A stretch of 64,000 bases of DNA, taken from the NCBI GenBank assembly GCA_033582675.1, contig JAVQZY010000017.1:26405-90404 (forward strand), given 5' to 3'. The position numbers and the translations under genes were made by a program. Shown piece by piece: positions 45,275 through 58,252 of the stretch. A model generated the notes under the pieces. That model did no database searches and was not told the origin of the DNA. It saw nothing but the letters and a program-made list of their open reading frames with translations. Each line of letters begins with the position of its first letter. Position 1 is the first letter of the stretch. This stretch comes from Burkholderiales bacterium (GTDB taxonomy: Bacteria > Pseudomonadota > Gammaproteobacteria > Burkholderiales > SG8-39).

Positions 45275-47852
45275 GCGGAACCTGCAGCGCCTGGAGCAGT
45301 TCCTGCTCGAGGCGCAAGACCTCCTTCGGATCCGCGAGGCTCGCGCCCGAGACGAGGAAGACGTCCTCGGCGCGGTCGCCGAGCGTGTTGATGCGCGCCG
45401 AGTGCACGCTCACGCCGTGTGCCGCGAGCACTCGCGCCGCGTCGTAGAGGAGCCCGGGACGGTCGGCGGCGACGATCGAGAGCGCGTGATAGTCGCCGCG
45501 CTCGTCGGACCGCAGGTCGACCGAGGGGGCGATCGGAAAGTGGCGCACGCGGCGCGACAGGCGCGCGCCGCGCGGCGGCTCGAGCGGGGCGTCGGCGGCG
45601 AGTGCGCCCGCGAGCCCCGTCTCGGTGAGCGCGACGAGATCGCGATAATGCGCCTCGCGGTCCTGACTGAGCACCTGGAAGGTGTCGAGCGCGTAGCCGT
45701 GGCGCGTGGTATGGATCTTCGCCTCGACGATATTGAAGCCGCCGCGCTCGAAGTAGCCGCAGATGCGCGCGAACAGTCCGGCACGGTCGCGCGTGTACAC
45801 CATCACTTGCAGTCCCTCGCCGAACGGCGCCGGACGCGCGCGCACCACCGGCACCGGCGTGTCGACCCGGTCGTAGAGGCTGCGCGTGTGCCAGGCGATC
45901 TCGCGCGCGTCGTGGCGGAGGAAATACCCGGTATCGAGCTGCGACCAGAACCGCTCGCACACCTCGTCCGAGAGCGCGGCGAGGCGCAGCAGCCGCAACG
46001 CCTCGGTCTGGCGTTCGGCGAGCGCCGTCTGTGCGGGCGGCGTCTCGCCCGCGAGCGCGCGCCGTGCCGCCCAGTAAAGATCCTCGAGCAGTTTCGCCTT
46101 CCAGGCGTTCCAGACCTTCGGGCTGGTGCCGCGGATGTCGGCCACCGTGAGGAGGTAGAGCGCCGTCAGCCGGCGCTCGTCGCCGACCAGCGCGGCGAAC
46201 GCGCGGGCGACCGCGGGATCGTGCACGTCCTGCTTCTGCGCGGTGCGCGACATCGCGAGGTGGTGTTCGACGAGGAACGCCACGAGCTCGGTGTCCTCGG
46301 CGGCGAAGCCGTGGCGGCGGCAGAAGCGGCGCGCGTCGCGCGCCCCGAGCAGCGAGTGGTCGCCGCCGCGGCCCTTGGCGATGTCGTGAAAGAGCGCCGC
46401 GACGTAGAGCAGCCAGCGCCGCTCGAACCCGGCCATGAGCTGCGTACAGAGCGGAAATTCGTGCGCGAACTCCGGCATCGTGAAGCGGCGCAGGTTACGC
46501 ACCACCGTGAGCACGTGCTGGTCGACCGTGTAGACGTGGAACAGGTCGTGCTGCATCTGGCCGACGATGCGGCCGAACTCGGGCAGGTAGCCGCCCAGCA
46601 CGTCGTACTGGTTCATGCGGCGGAACTCGTGCACGATGCCGCGCGGCTGCTGCAGGATCTGTACGAACAGCAGGCGCGCGATGGGATCGCGTCGCAGGCG
46701 CGCTGCGACCTGCCGGCGCGCGCGCCAGAGCGCGCGCAGCGTCGGCGCGCTCATGCCGCGCAGGTCCTGGTGTTGCTGCATCAGCAGGAAGGCCTCGAGG
46801 ATCGCGCGCGGCTCGCGCGCGAACAGATCCTCGCGCCGCGCTTCGAGCAGCCCGCCGTGCGCGCGAAACCGCTCGTTCAGCACGCGCGCGTCGCCCCCGC
46901 GGCCCGGCGCGAGCAGCGCCTCGATGTTCTGCAGCAGGATCGTGTTCAGCTGCGTCACCGCCTTGGCGGTACGGTAGTAGCGCTGCATCAACAGCTCGCT
47001 CGCGCGGCGCGCCGAGCCCGCGCCGATCCCGCAGCGCGCGGCAAGCGCCGCCTGATGGTCGAACAGGATCCGGTCTTCGCGCCGTCCGGCGAGATAGTGC
47101 AGCCGGATGCGCAGGTCCTGCAGAAAGGCTTCGTGGCGCGCGAGCGCGCGCGCCTCGCCGCGCTCGATCAGCGCGCGCGCGACCAGGTCGCGCCAGCGCT
47201 CGCCGAGGCCCGCCGCGCGCGCGATCCAGCGGATGACCTGCAGGTCGCGCAACCCGCCCGGCGCTTCCTTCAGGTTCGGCTCGAGGGCGTACGGCGTGTC
47301 CTGCTGCTTGGCGTGACGCTGCTCCTGCTCGAGCTTTTTCGCCGCGAGGAACGCCCGCGGATCGAGCGTCGCCGCGAGCGCGCGCGCAAGGCGCCGGTAG
47401 AGCGCCTCGGCGCCCGGCAGCGGTCGCGCCTCGAGCAGCGCGGTCTGGATCGTGACGTCGGCGCGCGCCGCTTCGACGCAGGCGTCGACGGTGCGCACGC
47501 TGTGGCCGACTTCCAGCCCGACGTCCCAGAGCATGCCGACGAATCGCCCGAGCGCCTCGCGCGCCGACGCATCCGGTTCCTCGCCGAGCAGCACCAGAAG
47601 ATCGACGTCGGAGCAGGGGTAAAGCTCGCGCCGGCCGTAGCCGCCGGTCGCGACGAGCGCCATCGTCGCCGGCAACGGCTGCGCGCGCCGCAGCGCGAGC
47701 AGCACGCGATCGACGAGGCGCGCGTGCGCCCGCAGCAGCCACCCTGGGCGCCTGCCCGCTTCGTACGCTTCGCGCAGCCGGGCGCGGCCCTCGGCGAGCA
47801 TCGCACGCAGCGCCGCGGCGCTCGGGGCGCGCGCGCCGGGCATCGGCGTCAC
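45228..47852 (-). CDS. glnD: [Protein-PII] uridylyltransferase
   Basis: [46 protein letters not shown], two ACT domains. Confidence 0.97.
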   Translation of the reverse strand: MTPMPGARAPSAAALRAMLAEGRARLREAYEAGRRPGWLLRAHARLVDRVLLALRRAQPLPATMALVATGGYGRRELYPCSDVDLLVLLGEEPDASAREALGRFVGMLWDVGLEVGHSVRTVDACVEAARADVTIQTALLEARPLPGAEALYRRLARALAATLDPRAFLAAKKLEQEQRHAKQQDTPYALEPNLKEAPGGLRDLQVIRWIARAAGLGERWRDLVARALIERGEARALARHEAFLQDLRIRLHYLAGRREDRILFDHQAALAARCGIGAGSARRASELLMQRYYRTAKAVTQLNTILLQNIEALLAPGRGGDARVLNERFRAHGGLLEARREDLFAREPRAILEAFLLMQQHQDLRGMSAPTLRALWRARRQVAARLRRDPIARLLFVQILQQPRGIVHEFRRMNQYDVLGGYLPEFGRIVGQMQHDLFHVYTVDQHVLTVVRNLRRFTMPEFAHEFPLCTQLMAGFERRWLLYVAALFHDIAKGRGGDHSLLGARDARRFCRRHGFAAEDTELVAFLVEHHLAMSRTAQKQDVHDPAVARAFAALVGDERRLTALYLLTVADIRGTSPKVWNAWKAKLLEDLYWAARRALAGETPPAQTALAERQTEALRLLRLAALSDEVCERFWSQLDTGYFLRHDAREIAWHTRSLYDRVDTPVPVVRARPAPFGEGLQVMVYTRDRAGLFARICGYFERGGFNIVEAKIHTTRHGYALDTFQVLSQDREAHYRDLVALTETGLAGALAADAPLEPPRGARLSRRVRHFPIAPSVDLRSDERGDYHALSIVAADRPGLLYDAARVLAAHGVSVHSARINTLGDRAEDVFLVSGASLADPKEVLRLEQELLQALQVPPTPQAAALRRGTAPR

Positions 47853-48664
47853 CGGGCCGCGAGCTCCGCCACCCACGGCGGCGGCGCAGGCGCCCCGGCC
47901 GAAAGCGTCAGCACTTCGTAGCCGGTTTCGGTGACGAGCACCGTGTGCTCCCATTGCGCCGACAGGCTGTGATCCTTGGTGACGATCGTCCAGCCGTCGG
48001 CGAGCTCGCGGATCGCGGCCTTGCCGGCGTTGATCATCGGCTCGATGGTGAACGTCATGCCCGGCTCAAGCACCAGACCGGTGCCCGCCTTGCCGTAGTG
48101 CAGCACCTGCGGTTCCTCGTGGAACTTGCGGCCGATGCCGTGGCCGCAGAACTCGCGCACCACCGAAAACCCGTGCCGCTCCGCGTGACGCTGGATCGCC
48201 TCGCCGATGTCGCCCAGACGCGCGCCCGGCCGCACCTTGACGATGCCATGCCACATCGCCTCGAAAGTCGTCTCGACGAGCCGGCGCGCCTGGATGCTCG
48301 GCTCGCCGACGTAGTACATGCGGCTGGAATCGCCGTGAAAGCCGTCCTTGATCACGGTGACGTCGATGTTGAGAATGTCGCCGTTCCTGAGCACACGATC
48401 CCCCGGCACGCCGTGGCAGACCTGGTGATTGACCGACGTGCAGATCGATTTCGGAAACGGACGGTAACCGGGCGGCGCGTAGTTGAGCGGCGCCGGGATC
48501 GCGCCCTGCACTTCGACGATGTAGCGATGGCACAGGTCGTTCAGTCTGCCGGTGGTCACGCCGGGCTTGACGTACGGCGCGATGAAGTCGAGCACTTCCG
48601 CCGCAAGGCGCCCGGCGACGCGCATGCGCTCGATCTCCTCGGGGGTCTTGATGACGACGGCCAT
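47849..48664 (-). CDS. map: Methionine aminopeptidase type I
   Basis: [46 protein letters not shown]. Confidence 0.98.
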   Translation of the reverse strand: MAVVIKTPEEIERMRVAGRLAAEVLDFIAPYVKPGVTTGRLNDLCHRYIVEVQGAIPAPLNYAPPGYRPFPKSICTSVNHQVCHGVPGDRVLRNGDILNIDVTVIKDGFHGDSSRMYYVGEPSIQARRLVETTFEAMWHGIVKVRPGARLGDIGEAIQRHAERHGFSVVREFCGHGIGRKFHEEPQVLHYGKAGTGLVLEPGMTFTIEPMINAGKAAIRELADGWTIVTKDHSLSAQWEHTVLVTETGYEVLTLSAGAPAPPPWVAELAAR

Positions 48665-48684
48665 GGAACGCGGAAAAGGTGCTG

Positions 48685-48836
48685 ATTATGCTAGAATTTC
48701 GCGCCGGTCGCGGCCGCGCTCGGTGCTGCTGCGACCGAATTTCCCGCCCGGCGGTCAAGGGGCGCCCCGCACGCGCTTGCGCGCGCCGGGCGTGTCGAGC
48801 CGGTGCGGCAGTGACAACCCTGACAACGGAGCTCGC
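48685..48836 (+). promoter_or_regulatory. map/rpsB divergent promoter and structured rpsB leader (t44/S2-leader-like)
   Basis: Extended -10 TGCTAGAAT at 48689-48697; CATAAT/TAGCAT on the minus strand; about 130-nt leader with CGCCCGGCG...CGCCGGGCG complementarity and AACCC before the RBS. Confidence 0.55.
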
Positions 48837-49584
48837 ATGACCGTCACGATGCGCCAGATGCTGGAGGCGGGCGTCCACTTCGGCCACCAGACGCGTTACT
48901 GGAACCCGAAGATGGCGCCGTACATCTTCGGCCAGCGCAACAAGATCCACATCATCAACCTCGAAAAGACCCTCGCGCTCTATCACGAGGCGCTCAAGTT
49001 CGTGCGCCAGCTCGCGGCGAACAAGGGCACGATCCTCTTTGTCGGCACCAAGCGCCAGGCGCGCGAGGTGATCCGCGAGGAAGCGCAGCGCTGCGGCATG
49101 CCGTACGTCGACCAGCGCTGGCTGGGCGGCATGCTCACCAATTTCGAGACGCTGCGCCAGTCGGTCAAGCGACTGAAGGAGATGGAGGCGATGGCGCAGG
49201 ACGGCTCGTTCGAGCGGCTGTCGAAGAAAGAGGCGCTGCGCGTGCAGCGCGAGCTGCAGAAGCTGCAGAAATCTCTCCGGCGGCATCAAGGACATGGCGA
49301 GCCTGCCGGATGCGCTGTTCGTGATCGACGTCGGCTACCAGAAGGGCGCGGTCGCCGAAGCGAACAAGCTCGGCATTCCGGTGGTCGCGGTGGTCGACAC
49401 CAATCACTCGCCCGACGGCATCGCGTACGTCATCCCGGGCAACGACGATTCGGGCCGCGCCATCCGGCTCTACGCCCGGGGCGTCGCCGATGCGGTGCTC
49501 GAGGGGCGCGCGCAGGCGCTCGAGGACGTGCGCGCGGCCGCGAGCGACGAGTTCGTCGAGGTCGAGGAAGAAAGCGAGGCTTGA
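48837..49584 (+). CDS. rpsB: 30S ribosomal protein S2, frameshift near 49278
   Basis: [40 protein letters not shown]. Confidence 0.97.
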
Positions 49585-49656
49585 GCCGCGGCCGAGGCGG
49601 CGCACGGCGCCGCCGCTCCCGTTTCCGAACCGAACCAGCGGAGATTTATCACGCGC

Positions 49657-50523
49657 ATGACCGAGATCAGCGCCAGCCTGGTGAAGACGCTTCGCGCGAT
49701 GACCGGGCTCGGCATGATGGATTGCAAAAAAGCGCTCGCCGAGGCGGGCGGAGACCTGAAGAAGGCGGAGGCGCTGCTGCGCATCCGCAGCGGCGCGAAA
49801 GCGAGCAAGGCGGCCGCGCGCGTCGCCGCCGAGGGCGTCATCGCCGCGTACCTCGCGCCCGACGCCCGCTGCGGGGCGCTGGTCGAACTCAACTGCGAGA
49901 CCGATTTCGTCGCGAAGAACGAGGACTTCGTCGCCTTCGGCGCGCGCCTGGCGCGCCTTGCCGCCGAGCGCGCGCCGGCGGACGCGGCGGCGCTCGCCGC
50001 GTTGGAGGACGTCGAGGCGCAGCGCCAGGCGCTCGTGCAGCGCATCGGCGAGAACATCGCGATCCGGCGTCTTGCCCGCATGCAGACGGCGGCGCAGCTC
50101 GCGCTCTACGTGCACGGCGGCCGCATCGGCGTGCTCGTCGAATACGAAGGCGCACCGGAGGTCGGCAAGGACGTCGCGATGCACATCGCGTTCGCGCGTC
50201 CGCCGTATCTGTCTGCGGCGCAGGTGCCGGCCGAGGTCGTCGCGCGCGAGCGCGAGATCCTCGCCGCGCGTGCGCGCGAAGCCGGCAAACCCGAGCCGAT
50301 CGCGGCGAAAATGGTCGAGGGGGGGCTCGCGAAGTTCCTCGCCGAAACGACGCTCCTCGGTCAACCGTTCGTCAAGGACGACAAGCTGTCGGTCGGCAAG
50401 ATGCTCGAGGCGAAGGGCGCCCGGGTGCTCGACTACCGCTTCCTCGTGCTCGGCGAGGGTATTGAGAAGAAGGCGAGCGATTTCGCCGCCGACGTGATGG
50501 CCGCGGCGAGCGCGGCGCGCTGA
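49657..50523 (+). CDS. tsf: Elongation factor Ts
   Basis: [34 protein letters not shown]. Confidence 0.97.
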   Translation: MTEISASLVKTLRAMTGLGMMDCKKALAEAGGDLKKAEALLRIRSGAKASKAAARVAAEGVIAAYLAPDARCGALVELNCETDFVAKNEDFVAFGARLARLAAERAPADAAALAALEDVEAQRQALVQRIGENIAIRRLARMQTAAQLALYVHGGRIGVLVEYEGAPEVGKDVAMHIAFARPPYLSAAQVPAEVVAREREILAARAREAGKPEPIAAKMVEGGLAKFLAETTLLGQPFVKDDKLSVGKMLEAKGARVLDYRFLVLGEGIEKKASDFAADVMAAASAAR

Positions 50524-50534
50524 GCGGATGCGCG

Positions 50535-51251
50535 ATGGCGGCGCCTCGCTACAAGCGGATCCTGCTCAAGCTCTCGGGCGAGGCGCTGATGGGCGAGGCG
50601 GGCTACGGCATCGAACGCGAGAGCGTCGAGCGCATCGTCGCCGAAATCGCCGAGGTGGCGCGCGCGGGCGTCGAGATCGGCGTGGTGATCGGCGGCGGCA
50701 ACATCTTCCGCGGCCTCGCGCCCGCGGCCGCCGGCATGGATCGGGCGACCGCCGATTACATGGGGATGCTCGCCACGGTGATGAACGCGCTCGCGCTGCA
50801 GGATGCGATGCGCCGTGCCGGCCTGGCGAGCCGGGTGCAGTCGGCGCTCAACATCGAGCAGGTGGTCGAACCGTACATCCGCGGCAAGGCGATCCGTTAC
50901 CTGGAGGAGGGCAAGGTCGTGATCTTCGCCGCCGGCACCGGCAACCCGTTCTTTACCACCGACACCGCGGCGGCGCTGCGCGCAAGCGAAGTGGGCGCCG
51001 AGATCGTGCTCAAAGCGACCAAGGTGGACGGCGTCTACACGTCCGATCCGAAGACCGACCGCGACGCCCAGCGCTACCGGCGCGTGAGCTTCGACGAGGC
51101 GATTCGGAAGAACCTGCGCGTCATGGACGCGACCGCGCTCGCGCTCTGCCGCGACCAGAGGCTGCCGGTGAACGTGTTCAGCATCTACCGCCGCGGCGCG
51201 CTCGGGCGCGTCGTCGCGGGCGAGGACGAGGGCACGCTCGTACACGCCTAG
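50535..51251 (+). CDS. pyrH: UMP kinase
   Basis: [37 protein letters not shown]. Confidence 0.98.
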   Translation: MAAPRYKRILLKLSGEALMGEAGYGIERESVERIVAEIAEVARAGVEIGVVIGGGNIFRGLAPAAAGMDRATADYMGMLATVMNALALQDAMRRAGLASRVQSALNIEQVVEPYIRGKAIRYLEEGKVVIFAAGTGNPFFTTDTAAALRASEVGAEIVLKATKVDGVYTSDPKTDRDAQRYRRVSFDEAIRKNLRVMDATALALCRDQRLPVNVFSIYRRGALGRVVAGEDEGTLVHA

Positions 51252-51270
51252 CGCGAGGAGGCAGGCCGCG

Positions 51271-51828
51271 ATGATCGCCGATCTCAAGAAAAACACCGAA
51301 GCGAAAATGAAGAAAAGCGTCGAGGCGTTCCGCGCCGATCTGGCCAAGGTGCGCACCGGGCGCGCGCACACCGGACTGCTCGATCACGTCATGGTCGACT
51401 ACTACGGCACGCCGACGCCGATCCACAGAATCGCCAAGGTGACGTTGCTCGATGCGCGCACGATCGGCGTGGCCCCGTTCGAAAAGAAGATGGCGCAGGC
51501 GATCGAGCGCGCGATCCGCGAATCGGACCTCGGGCTCAACCCGGTCGGCGGCGGCGAAACGATCCGCGTACCCATGCCGCCGCTCACCGAGGAGCGGCGC
51601 AAGGAGCTGGTGCGCGTCGTGCACAAGGAGGCCGAGAACGCGCGCGTCGCGGTGCGCAATCTGCGCCGCGACGCGATCCATGCGCTCAAGGAGGCGCTCA
51701 AGAAAAGGGAGATCTCCGAAAACGACGAGCGGCGCGCCGCCGACGAGGTGCAGAAGCTCACCGACCGCTTCATCGCCGAAATCGACGGCCTGATGAAGCA
51801 GAAGGAAGCCGAACTGATGCAGGTATGA
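51271..51828 (+). CDS. frr: Ribosome recycling factor
   Basis: [33 protein letters not shown]. Confidence 0.98.
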   Translation: MIADLKKNTEAKMKKSVEAFRADLAKVRTGRAHTGLLDHVMVDYYGTPTPIHRIAKVTLLDARTIGVAPFEKKMAQAIERAIRESDLGLNPVGGGETIRVPMPPLTEERRKELVRVVHKEAENARVAVRNLRRDAIHALKEALKKREISENDERRAADEVQKLTDRFIAEIDGLMKQKEAELMQV

Positions 51829-52616
51829 GTGCCGCGAGGCACCCCAGCTCGACGCTCGAAATCCCGGAGGCGACGGTGGTGCCGCGTCACGTCGCGATCA
51901 TCATGGACGGCAACGGTCGCTGGGCGCGCGAGCGGCGTCTGCCGCGCTTTGCCGGTCACCGGCGCGGTATCGACGCGGTGCGCACGGTCGTGCGCGCCTG
52001 CGCCGAGCGCGGCGTCGCGTACCTCACGCTCTTCGCGTTCAGCTCGGAAAACTGGCGCCGGCCGCCCGACGAGGTGGCGCTCCTCATGCAGCTGTTTCTC
52101 GCCGCGCTCGAAAACGAGGTGGCGAAGTTGCACCGCAACGGCATTCGCCTCAAGGTGATCGGCGATCGCAGCGCTTTTGCCCCGCGCATTCAGCGACTGA
52201 TCGCCGAGGGCGAGGCGCTCACCGCCGGGAACACCGGCCTCACGCTCACGATCGCGGCGAACTACGGCGGACGCTGGGACATCCTGCAGGCGCTCGGCCG
52301 GCTGGCGGCCGCCGATCCGGCGGCGGTGGCGCGCGGCGCGGTGCGCGAAGAGGACCTCGCCCCGTATCTTTCCACGGCGTACGCGCCCGAACCGGACCTG
52401 CTGATCCGCACCGGCGGCGAGCAGCGCGTCAGCAACTTCCTCCTCTGGCAGATGGCGTACACCGAGTTCTACTTCACCGACACGCTGTGGCCCGACTTCG
52501 ACGCCGCCGCGCTCGATGCGGCGTTCGCCTCCTACCGCCGGCGCGAGCGGCGCTTCGGCCGCACCAGCGAGCAGCTCGAGCAAGCGCAGGCCGCGGCAGC
52601 CGGCACGGCCGCCTAG
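51825..52616 (+). CDS. uppS: Undecaprenyl diphosphate synthase
   Basis: [44 protein letters not shown]. Confidence 0.97.
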   Translation: MSAARHPSSTLEIPEATVVPRHVAIIMDGNGRWARERRLPRFAGHRRGIDAVRTVVRACAERGVAYLTLFAFSSENWRRPPDEVALLMQLFLAALENEVAKLHRNGIRLKVIGDRSAFAPRIQRLIAEGEALTAGNTGLTLTIAANYGGRWDILQALGRLAAADPAAVARGAVREEDLAPYLSTAYAPEPDLLIRTGGEQRVSNFLLWQMAYTEFYFTDTLWPDFDAAALDAAFASYRRRERRFGRTSEQLEQAQAAAAGTAA

Positions 52617-52626
52617 GATATCGGCG

Positions 52627-53415
52627 TTGCTCGTCCGCGCGGCGACCGCGATCGTGCTGCTCGCGGGCTTCCTCGCCGCGCTGTTTGCGCTCGATCCGCT
52701 CTGGTTCGCCGGGTTGATCGCCCTGATCGTCGCGGCCGCGGCGTTCGAATGGGCGCGGCTTGCGGGCTGCGGCACCGCCTGCGGCGTCGGCTACGCCGCC
52801 GCCGCCGCGGTCCTGTGGTGGCTGCTGCCGCCCACGGTCACCGACGCGGTGCTTTGGCTCGCGTGCGGCTTCTGGATCGCGGTGGCGCCGATCTGGCTGC
52901 GCCGGGGGCTGTTGCCGCGCGCGCGGGCCGCGCGCCTTGCGCTCGGGGCGGCGGTGCTCGTTCCCGCGGCGACCGCGATCTTCGCCCTCGAGCGCGGTGC
53001 GCTCCTCGCGTTGCTCGGGCTCGTCTGGCTCGCCGATTCGGCGGCGTACGTCGCCGGACGGCTGTTCGGCCGGCGCAAGCTCGCGCCCGAGGTGAGCCCG
53101 GGCAAGACCTGGGAGGGCGCGCTCGGCGCGGTCGTCGCCTGTCTTCTCTACGCTATCATTCTCGCGGTGTCGGTCCCGGAGTGGCAGGCCCGGGTGCACG
53201 GCACCTTCTGGATCCTCTACCTCGCCGGAGTCGTGTTCCTGTGCGCGACCAGCATCCTCGGCGATCTGTTCGAGTCCGCGGTGAAGCGTAGCGCCGGGGC
53301 GAAGGACAGCGGCACCCTGCTTCCCGGGCACGGCGGCGTGCTCGACCGCATCGACAGCGTCACCGCGGCGCTGCCGGTAGGCGCCCTGCTGATGCGCCAA
53401 GCGGGGCTGCCGTGA
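52627..53415 (+). CDS. cdsA: Phosphatidate cytidylyltransferase
   Basis: [49 protein letters not shown] start inferred. Confidence 0.95.
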   Translation: MLVRAATAIVLLAGFLAALFALDPLWFAGLIALIVAAAAFEWARLAGCGTACGVGYAAAAAVLWWLLPPTVTDAVLWLACGFWIAVAPIWLRRGLLPRARAARLALGAAVLVPAATAIFALERGALLALLGLVWLADSAAYVAGRLFGRRKLAPEVSPGKTWEGALGAVVACLLYAIILAVSVPEWQARVHGTFWILYLAGVVFLCATSILGDLFESAVKRSAGAKDSGTLLPGHGGVLDRIDSVTAALPVGALLMRQAGLP

Positions 53416-54596
53416 AACGGCTGACGCTGCTCGGCGCGACCGGTTCCGTCGGCGCGAGCACCCTCGACGTCGTCGCGCGCCACCCGGACCGCTACCGGGT
53501 GTTCGCGCTCACCGCGCATCGCTCCGCCGAGGCGCTGATCGCGCTCGCCGCGCGGCACCGTCCGCGCTACGCAGTGCTCTCGGGGCTCGCAGAAGACGCG
53601 ACGCTGCGGCGACGCTGCGCCGAGGCGGCGCCGGGCACGGAGCTTCTGTTCGGTGCCGAGGCGCTCGAGGCGGTCGCCACCGCCGGCGACTGCGACGCGG
53701 TGCTCGGCGCGATCGTCGGCGCCGCGGGCCTCGCCCCCACGATCGCGGCGGTGCGCGCCGGCAAGCAGGTGCTGCTCGCGAACAAAGAGGTGCTCGTGAT
53801 GGCCGGCCCGTTCGTCATGCGCGCCGCCGCGCAGTCGGGTGCGACGCTGCTGCCGATCGACAGCGAGCACAACGCGGTCTTTCAGTGCCTGCCCGGCGGG
53901 CGCAACCCGGGCGCCGCAGCGCTGCGGCGCATCGTGCTCACCGCCTCGGGCGGCCCGTTCCGCACCGAGCCCCTGGAGCGGCTGGAGCACGTCACGCCCG
54001 CGCAGGCGTGCGCGCATCCGAACTGGGCGATGGGCCGCAAGATCTCGGTCGACTCGGCGACGATGATGAACAAGGGGCTGGAGGTGATCGAGGCGCGCTG
54101 GCTCTTCGATGCGCCCGCCGAGGCGATCGAGGTGCTCGTGCACCCGCAGAGTATCGTGCATTCCCTGGTCGAGTACGCCGACGGATCGATGATCGCACAG
54201 CTGTCGCACCCGGACATGCGGGTGCCGATCGCGCACGCGCTCGGCTACCCGGAGCGAATCGCCTCGGGGGCGCGCGCGCTCGATCTGGCGGCGGTCGGCG
54301 GTCTGACGTTCGAGCGGCCGGATCCGCGCCGCTTTCCGTGTCTTGCGCTCGCGTACGCGGCGTTGCGCGAGGGCGGCACCGCGCCTGCGGTGCTGAACGC
54401 CGCGAACGAAACGGCGGTCGAGGCGTTCCTCGCCGGGCGGCTGCGCTTTACCGCGATCGCACGCGCGATCGCGCACGCGCTGGAGGCGGTGCCCGCGACC
54501 CCGGCCGACACGCTCGCTGCGGTGCTCGAGGCCGACGCGCGCGCGCGGCGCGCGGCCGCCGACTGGGTCGCGCGCGCGGGTGCGGCGGCGGCATGA
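53412..54596 (+). CDS. dxr: 1-deoxy-D-xylulose-5-phosphate reductoisomerase
   Basis: [47 protein letters not shown]. Confidence 0.98.
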   Translation: MKRLTLLGATGSVGASTLDVVARHPDRYRVFALTAHRSAEALIALAARHRPRYAVLSGLAEDATLRRRCAEAAPGTELLFGAEALEAVATAGDCDAVLGAIVGAAGLAPTIAAVRAGKQVLLANKEVLVMAGPFVMRAAAQSGATLLPIDSEHNAVFQCLPGGRNPGAAALRRIVLTASGGPFRTEPLERLEHVTPAQACAHPNWAMGRKISVDSATMMNKGLEVIEARWLFDAPAEAIEVLVHPQSIVHSLVEYADGSMIAQLSHPDMRVPIAHALGYPERIASGARALDLAAVGGLTFERPDPRRFPCLALAYAALREGGTAPAVLNAANETAVEAFLAGRLRFTAIARAIAHALEAVPATPADTLAAVLEADARARRAAADWVARAGAAAA

Positions 54597-55957
54597 GCCT
54601 CGTGCAGACCCTCGGCGCGTTCGTCGTCGCGCTCGGCGCGCTCATCGTCGTGCATGAGCTCGGCCACTACGCGGCCGCGCGCCTGTGCGGCGTGAAGGTG
54701 CTGCGCTTCTCGATCGGCTTCGGCCGTCCGATCGCGTGCTGGCGACGCGGCGCGGACGCGACCGAATGGGCGATCGCGGTCGTCCCGCTCGGCGGCTACG
54801 TCAAGATGCTCGACGAGCGCGAAGGGCCGGTCGCGCCGCACGAGGCGCCGCGCGCGTTCAACCGCCAGAGCGTCGGACGGCGCTTCGCGATCGTCGCCGC
54901 CGGGCCGGCGTGCAATTTCGCGTTCGCGATCGCGCTCTACGCCGCGCTCTACATGGTCGGTGTCCCGGAGGCGCGTCCCGTGCTCGCCGAGCCGCCGGCC
55001 GGCACGCCCGCGGCGGCGGCGGGGCTGCGCGCCGGCGCGACCGTGCGCGCGATCGACGGTACGTCGATCGCGACCTGGCAGGAGCTGCGCTGGCGCGTGC
55101 TGCAGGCGGCGGTCGCGCGCGAGCGCCTGCGGCTGGAAGTCGCCGCCGCCGACGGGGCGATCTCGCTGCACGTCCTCGATCTGCGCGACCTGCGCGCCGA
55201 GGATCTGGAAAACGACCCGCTCGATCGCCTCGGCGTGCGGCTTTTCCGACCGCCGGTCGCGCCGGTCTTCGGCCGCATCGTCGCCGGCGGTGCCGCCGAG
55301 CGCGCCGGTCTGAAGCCGGGCGACCGCGTGCTCGCGATCGACGGCGAGCCGGTGGCGACGTGGGACGAACTGGTGCACGCCGTGCGCGCACGCCCCGGCG
55401 GCCTGCTCGTGCTTCGCGTTGCGCGCGACGGCGCCGAACTCGACGTCCGCGTCAGCCCCGAGAGCGCGAGCGAAGGCGGCGCGCGCATCGGCCGCATCGG
55501 TGCCGCGCCGCGCGTTGCCGTCGAAGGGGCCGAGCGAATGCTGGTCGAAGTGCGTTACGGTCCGCTCGAGAGCCTTGCGCGCGCAACGGCGAAGACGTGG
55601 GACATCGCGCTCTTTTCCCTCGGCATGCTCTGGCGCATGCTGATCGGCGAAGCCTCGTGGAAACATCTGTCCGGCCCGGTGACGATCGCCGACTACGCCG
55701 GGCAATCGGCGCAGATGGGCTGGGTGTCGTATCTGACGTTTCTCGCGCTCGTGAGCATCAGCCTCGGCGTGCTCAACCTGCTGCCGATCCCGCTGCTCGA
55801 CGGCGGGCACTTGATGTATTATGCGATCGAGATCATCAAGGGCAGCCCGGTGTCCGAGCGGGCGATGGAGCTGGGTCAGCGCGTGGGCCTCGCTCTGCTG
55901 CTCGTGCTGATGGCCTTCGCCTTCTACAACGACCTCAATCGACTGTTCTCGGGGTGA
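54593..55957 (+). CDS. rseP: RIP metalloprotease RseP
   Basis: [17 protein letters not shown], two PDZ domains, [12 protein letters not shown]. Confidence 0.97.
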   Translation: MSLVQTLGAFVVALGALIVVHELGHYAAARLCGVKVLRFSIGFGRPIACWRRGADATEWAIAVVPLGGYVKMLDEREGPVAPHEAPRAFNRQSVGRRFAIVAAGPACNFAFAIALYAALYMVGVPEARPVLAEPPAGTPAAAAGLRAGATVRAIDGTSIATWQELRWRVLQAAVARERLRLEVAAADGAISLHVLDLRDLRAEDLENDPLDRLGVRLFRPPVAPVFGRIVAGGAAERAGLKPGDRVLAIDGEPVATWDELVHAVRARPGGLLVLRVARDGAELDVRVSPESASEGGARIGRIGAAPRVAVEGAERMLVEVRYGPLESLARATAKTWDIALFSLGMLWRMLIGEASWKHLSGPVTIADYAGQSAQMGWVSYLTFLALVSISLGVLNLLPIPLLDGGHLMYYAIEIIKGSPVSERAMELGQRVGLALLLVLMAFAFYNDLNRLFSG

Positions 55958-55966
55958 CCGGACGCG

Positions 55967-58252
55967 ATGCGCCTTTTCGCCGTGACCGTCGCCTTCGTCG
56001 CGCTGCTCGCGTTCCGGCCGCCGGTCGAGGCGCAGACCTTCCGCCCGTTCACCGTGCGCGACATCCGCGTAGAGGGGTTGCAGCGCATCGAGCCGGGGAC
56101 CGTCTTCAGCTATCTGCCGGTCAAGGTGGGCGAGCTGATGACCGAGGAGAAGGCGCAGGCGGCGTTGCGCGCGCTGTTCGCGACCGGCTTTTTTCGCGAC
56201 GTGCGTCTGGAGGTGGAAAACGACGTCCTCGTGGTGCTGGTCGAGGAACGGCCGTCGGTCGCGCAGATCGATTTTTCCGGTATCCGCGAGTTCGACGCGG
56301 ACACGTTGCGGCGCGTGCTGCGCGAGATCGGCTTGGCCGAGGGGCGGATCTTCGACCGCGCGCTCCTCGACACCGCCGAGCAGGAACTGAAACGGCAGTA
56401 CCTCGCGCGCGGCCGCTACGCGGCGCAGGTGCAGACGACGGTGACGCCGCTCGAGCGCAACCGCGTCGCGGTGAACATCGCGGTCGCCGAAGGCGAGGTC
56501 GCGAAAATCCGCGCGATCCGCATCGTCGGCGCGCAGGCGTTCGAAGAGCGCGAGCTGCTCGAGCTGTTCGTGCTGCGCACGCCGAACTGGCTGTCGTGGT
56601 ACACGAAGAACGACCGGTACTCGCGCCAGAAGCTCGCCGCCGACATCGAGACGCTGCGCTCCTTCTACCAGAACCGCGGCTACCTCGACTTCAGCGTCGA
56701 TTCGACGCAGGTGTCGATCACGCCCGACCGGCGCGACGTCTACATCACGATCAACATCACCGAGGGAGAAAAGTACACCGTGACCGGCGTCGAGCTCGCC
56801 GGGCAGCTGCCGGTACCGCGCGCCGAGCTCGAAGCGCTCGTGCGGCTGAAGGCGGGCGAGGTGTTCTCGCGCGAGCGCCTGACCGAGACGACCAAGGCGA
56901 TCTCGGACCGCCTCGGCAATGATGGCTACGCGTTCGCCAACGTCAACGCGGTGCCGCAGATCGACAAGGACCGGCGCGCGGTCGCGTTTACGATCGTCGT
57001 CGACCCCGGCCGGCGCGTGTACGTGCGGCGCATCAACATCGCCGGCAACACCAAGACGCGCGACGAGGTCATCCGACGCGAGATGCGCCAGCTCGAGGGC
57101 GCGTTCTACGACGCCTCGAAGATCCAGCTGTCGAAGACGCGCATCGATCGCACGCAGTACTTCAAGGACGTGACGGTGGAAACGGTGCCGGTACCGCAAA
57201 GCACCGACCAGGTCGACGTCAACTTCACCGTCGAGGAAAAGCCGACCGGGTCGCTGCTGCTTGGGGCCGGTTTCTCCACCGTGGACAAGCTGGTGGTGTC
57301 CGGCTCGGTGTCGCAGGCGAACGTGTTCGGCAGCGGAAAATTCATCTCGGCGCAGCTCAACTCGGGCAAGGTGAACACCACCTACGCGCTGTCCTACCTC
57401 AACCCGTACTACACCGTGGACGGCGTGAGCCAGGGCTTCGACGTGTACCTGCGCACCACCGACGCCTCGTCGCTCTCGGTCGGCCCGTACGTCACCAAAT
57501 CGCTCGGCGGCGGGCTGAAGTTCGGCTATCCGCTGTCCGAGGAGGATGCGATCAGCTTCGGCGTCAACGCCGAACATGTGAAGCTGGAGACGTTCGCCAC
57601 CAGTCCGCTCGCCTACGTCAACTTTGTGAACCAGTTCGGCGCGAGCTACAGCTACGCCGCCGGCTCGGTCAGCTGGGCGCGCGACGCGCGCGACAGCGCG
57701 CTGCTGCCGACGCGCGGGGCGCGCACCAGCGCGGGACTGGAGTTCGCCGGCGGCAACCTGCGCTACTACCGTCTGACGCTCGCGCACCAGTGGTACCGGC
57801 CGCTCACGCGCACGGTGACGCTCGCGCTCTCGGGCGAGGTCGGGTACGTCGCCGGGCTGGGCGGCAAGCCGGTGCCGTTCTTCAAGAACTTCTATTCCGG
57901 CGGCCCCGGGTCGGTGCGCGGCTACAAGGCGTACTCGCTCGGCCCGCAGGACGCGGCCGGCAACGTCCTCGGCGGCACGCGCAAGCTGGGCGCGAGCGCC
58001 GAAGTGCTTTTTCCGGTGCCGGGGGCGGGCCTCGACCGGTCGTTGCGCCTTGCGGCGTTCGTCGACGCCGGACAGGTGTACGGGGCGGGCGAAAAGGTTT
58101 CGCTCGGCGCGCTGCGCTACTCCGCGGGCCTCGGGCTCGCGTGGAGCTCGCCGTTCGGTCCCCTGCGCATCTCGCTCGCGCAGCCGCTCAACGCAAAACG
58201 CGGCTTCGACCGCACCGAGAGGTTACAATTGACTTTTGGCGCCACGTTCTGA
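55967..58252 (+). CDS. bamA: Outer membrane protein assembly factor BamA
   Basis: DIRVEGLQR POTRA, GNTKTRDEVIRRE, SVRGY, WSSPFGP, C-terminal Phe. Confidence 0.97.
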   Translation: MRLFAVTVAFVALLAFRPPVEAQTFRPFTVRDIRVEGLQRIEPGTVFSYLPVKVGELMTEEKAQAALRALFATGFFRDVRLEVENDVLVVLVEERPSVAQIDFSGIREFDADTLRRVLREIGLAEGRIFDRALLDTAEQELKRQYLARGRYAAQVQTTVTPLERNRVAVNIAVAEGEVAKIRAIRIVGAQAFEERELLELFVLRTPNWLSWYTKNDRYSRQKLAADIETLRSFYQNRGYLDFSVDSTQVSITPDRRDVYITINITEGEKYTVTGVELAGQLPVPRAELEALVRLKAGEVFSRERLTETTKAISDRLGNDGYAFANVNAVPQIDKDRRAVAFTIVVDPGRRVYVRRINIAGNTKTRDEVIRREMRQLEGAFYDASKIQLSKTRIDRTQYFKDVTVETVPVPQSTDQVDVNFTVEEKPTGSLLLGAGFSTVDKLVVSGSVSQANVFGSGKFISAQLNSGKVNTTYALSYLNPYYTVDGVSQGFDVYLRTTDASSLSVGPYVTKSLGGGLKFGYPLSEEDAISFGVNAEHVKLETFATSPLAYVNFVNQFGASYSYAAGSVSWARDARDSALLPTRGARTSAGLEFAGGNLRYYRLTLAHQWYRPLTRTVTLALSGEVGYVAGLGGKPVPFFKNFYSGGPGSVRGYKAYSLGPQDAAGNVLGGTRKLGASAEVLFPVPGAGLDRSLRLAAFVDAGQVYGAGEKVSLGALRYSAGLGLAWSSPFGPLRISLAQPLNAKRGFDRTERLQLTFGATF

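Noticed and set aside
49260..49295. Programmed frameshift in rpsB (and similar sites in pnp and ligA)
   Set aside because: There is no slippery heptamer or stimulatory structure, and the pattern matches the window-wide indel errors.
54245..57787. Very long antisense ORFs (also 9292-12288 in part, 21808-24279, 23078-25633, 45402-47921)
   Set aside because: These are shadow frames of GC-rich genes: they mirror real CDSs, have Arg/Ala-rich composition and show no family motifs.
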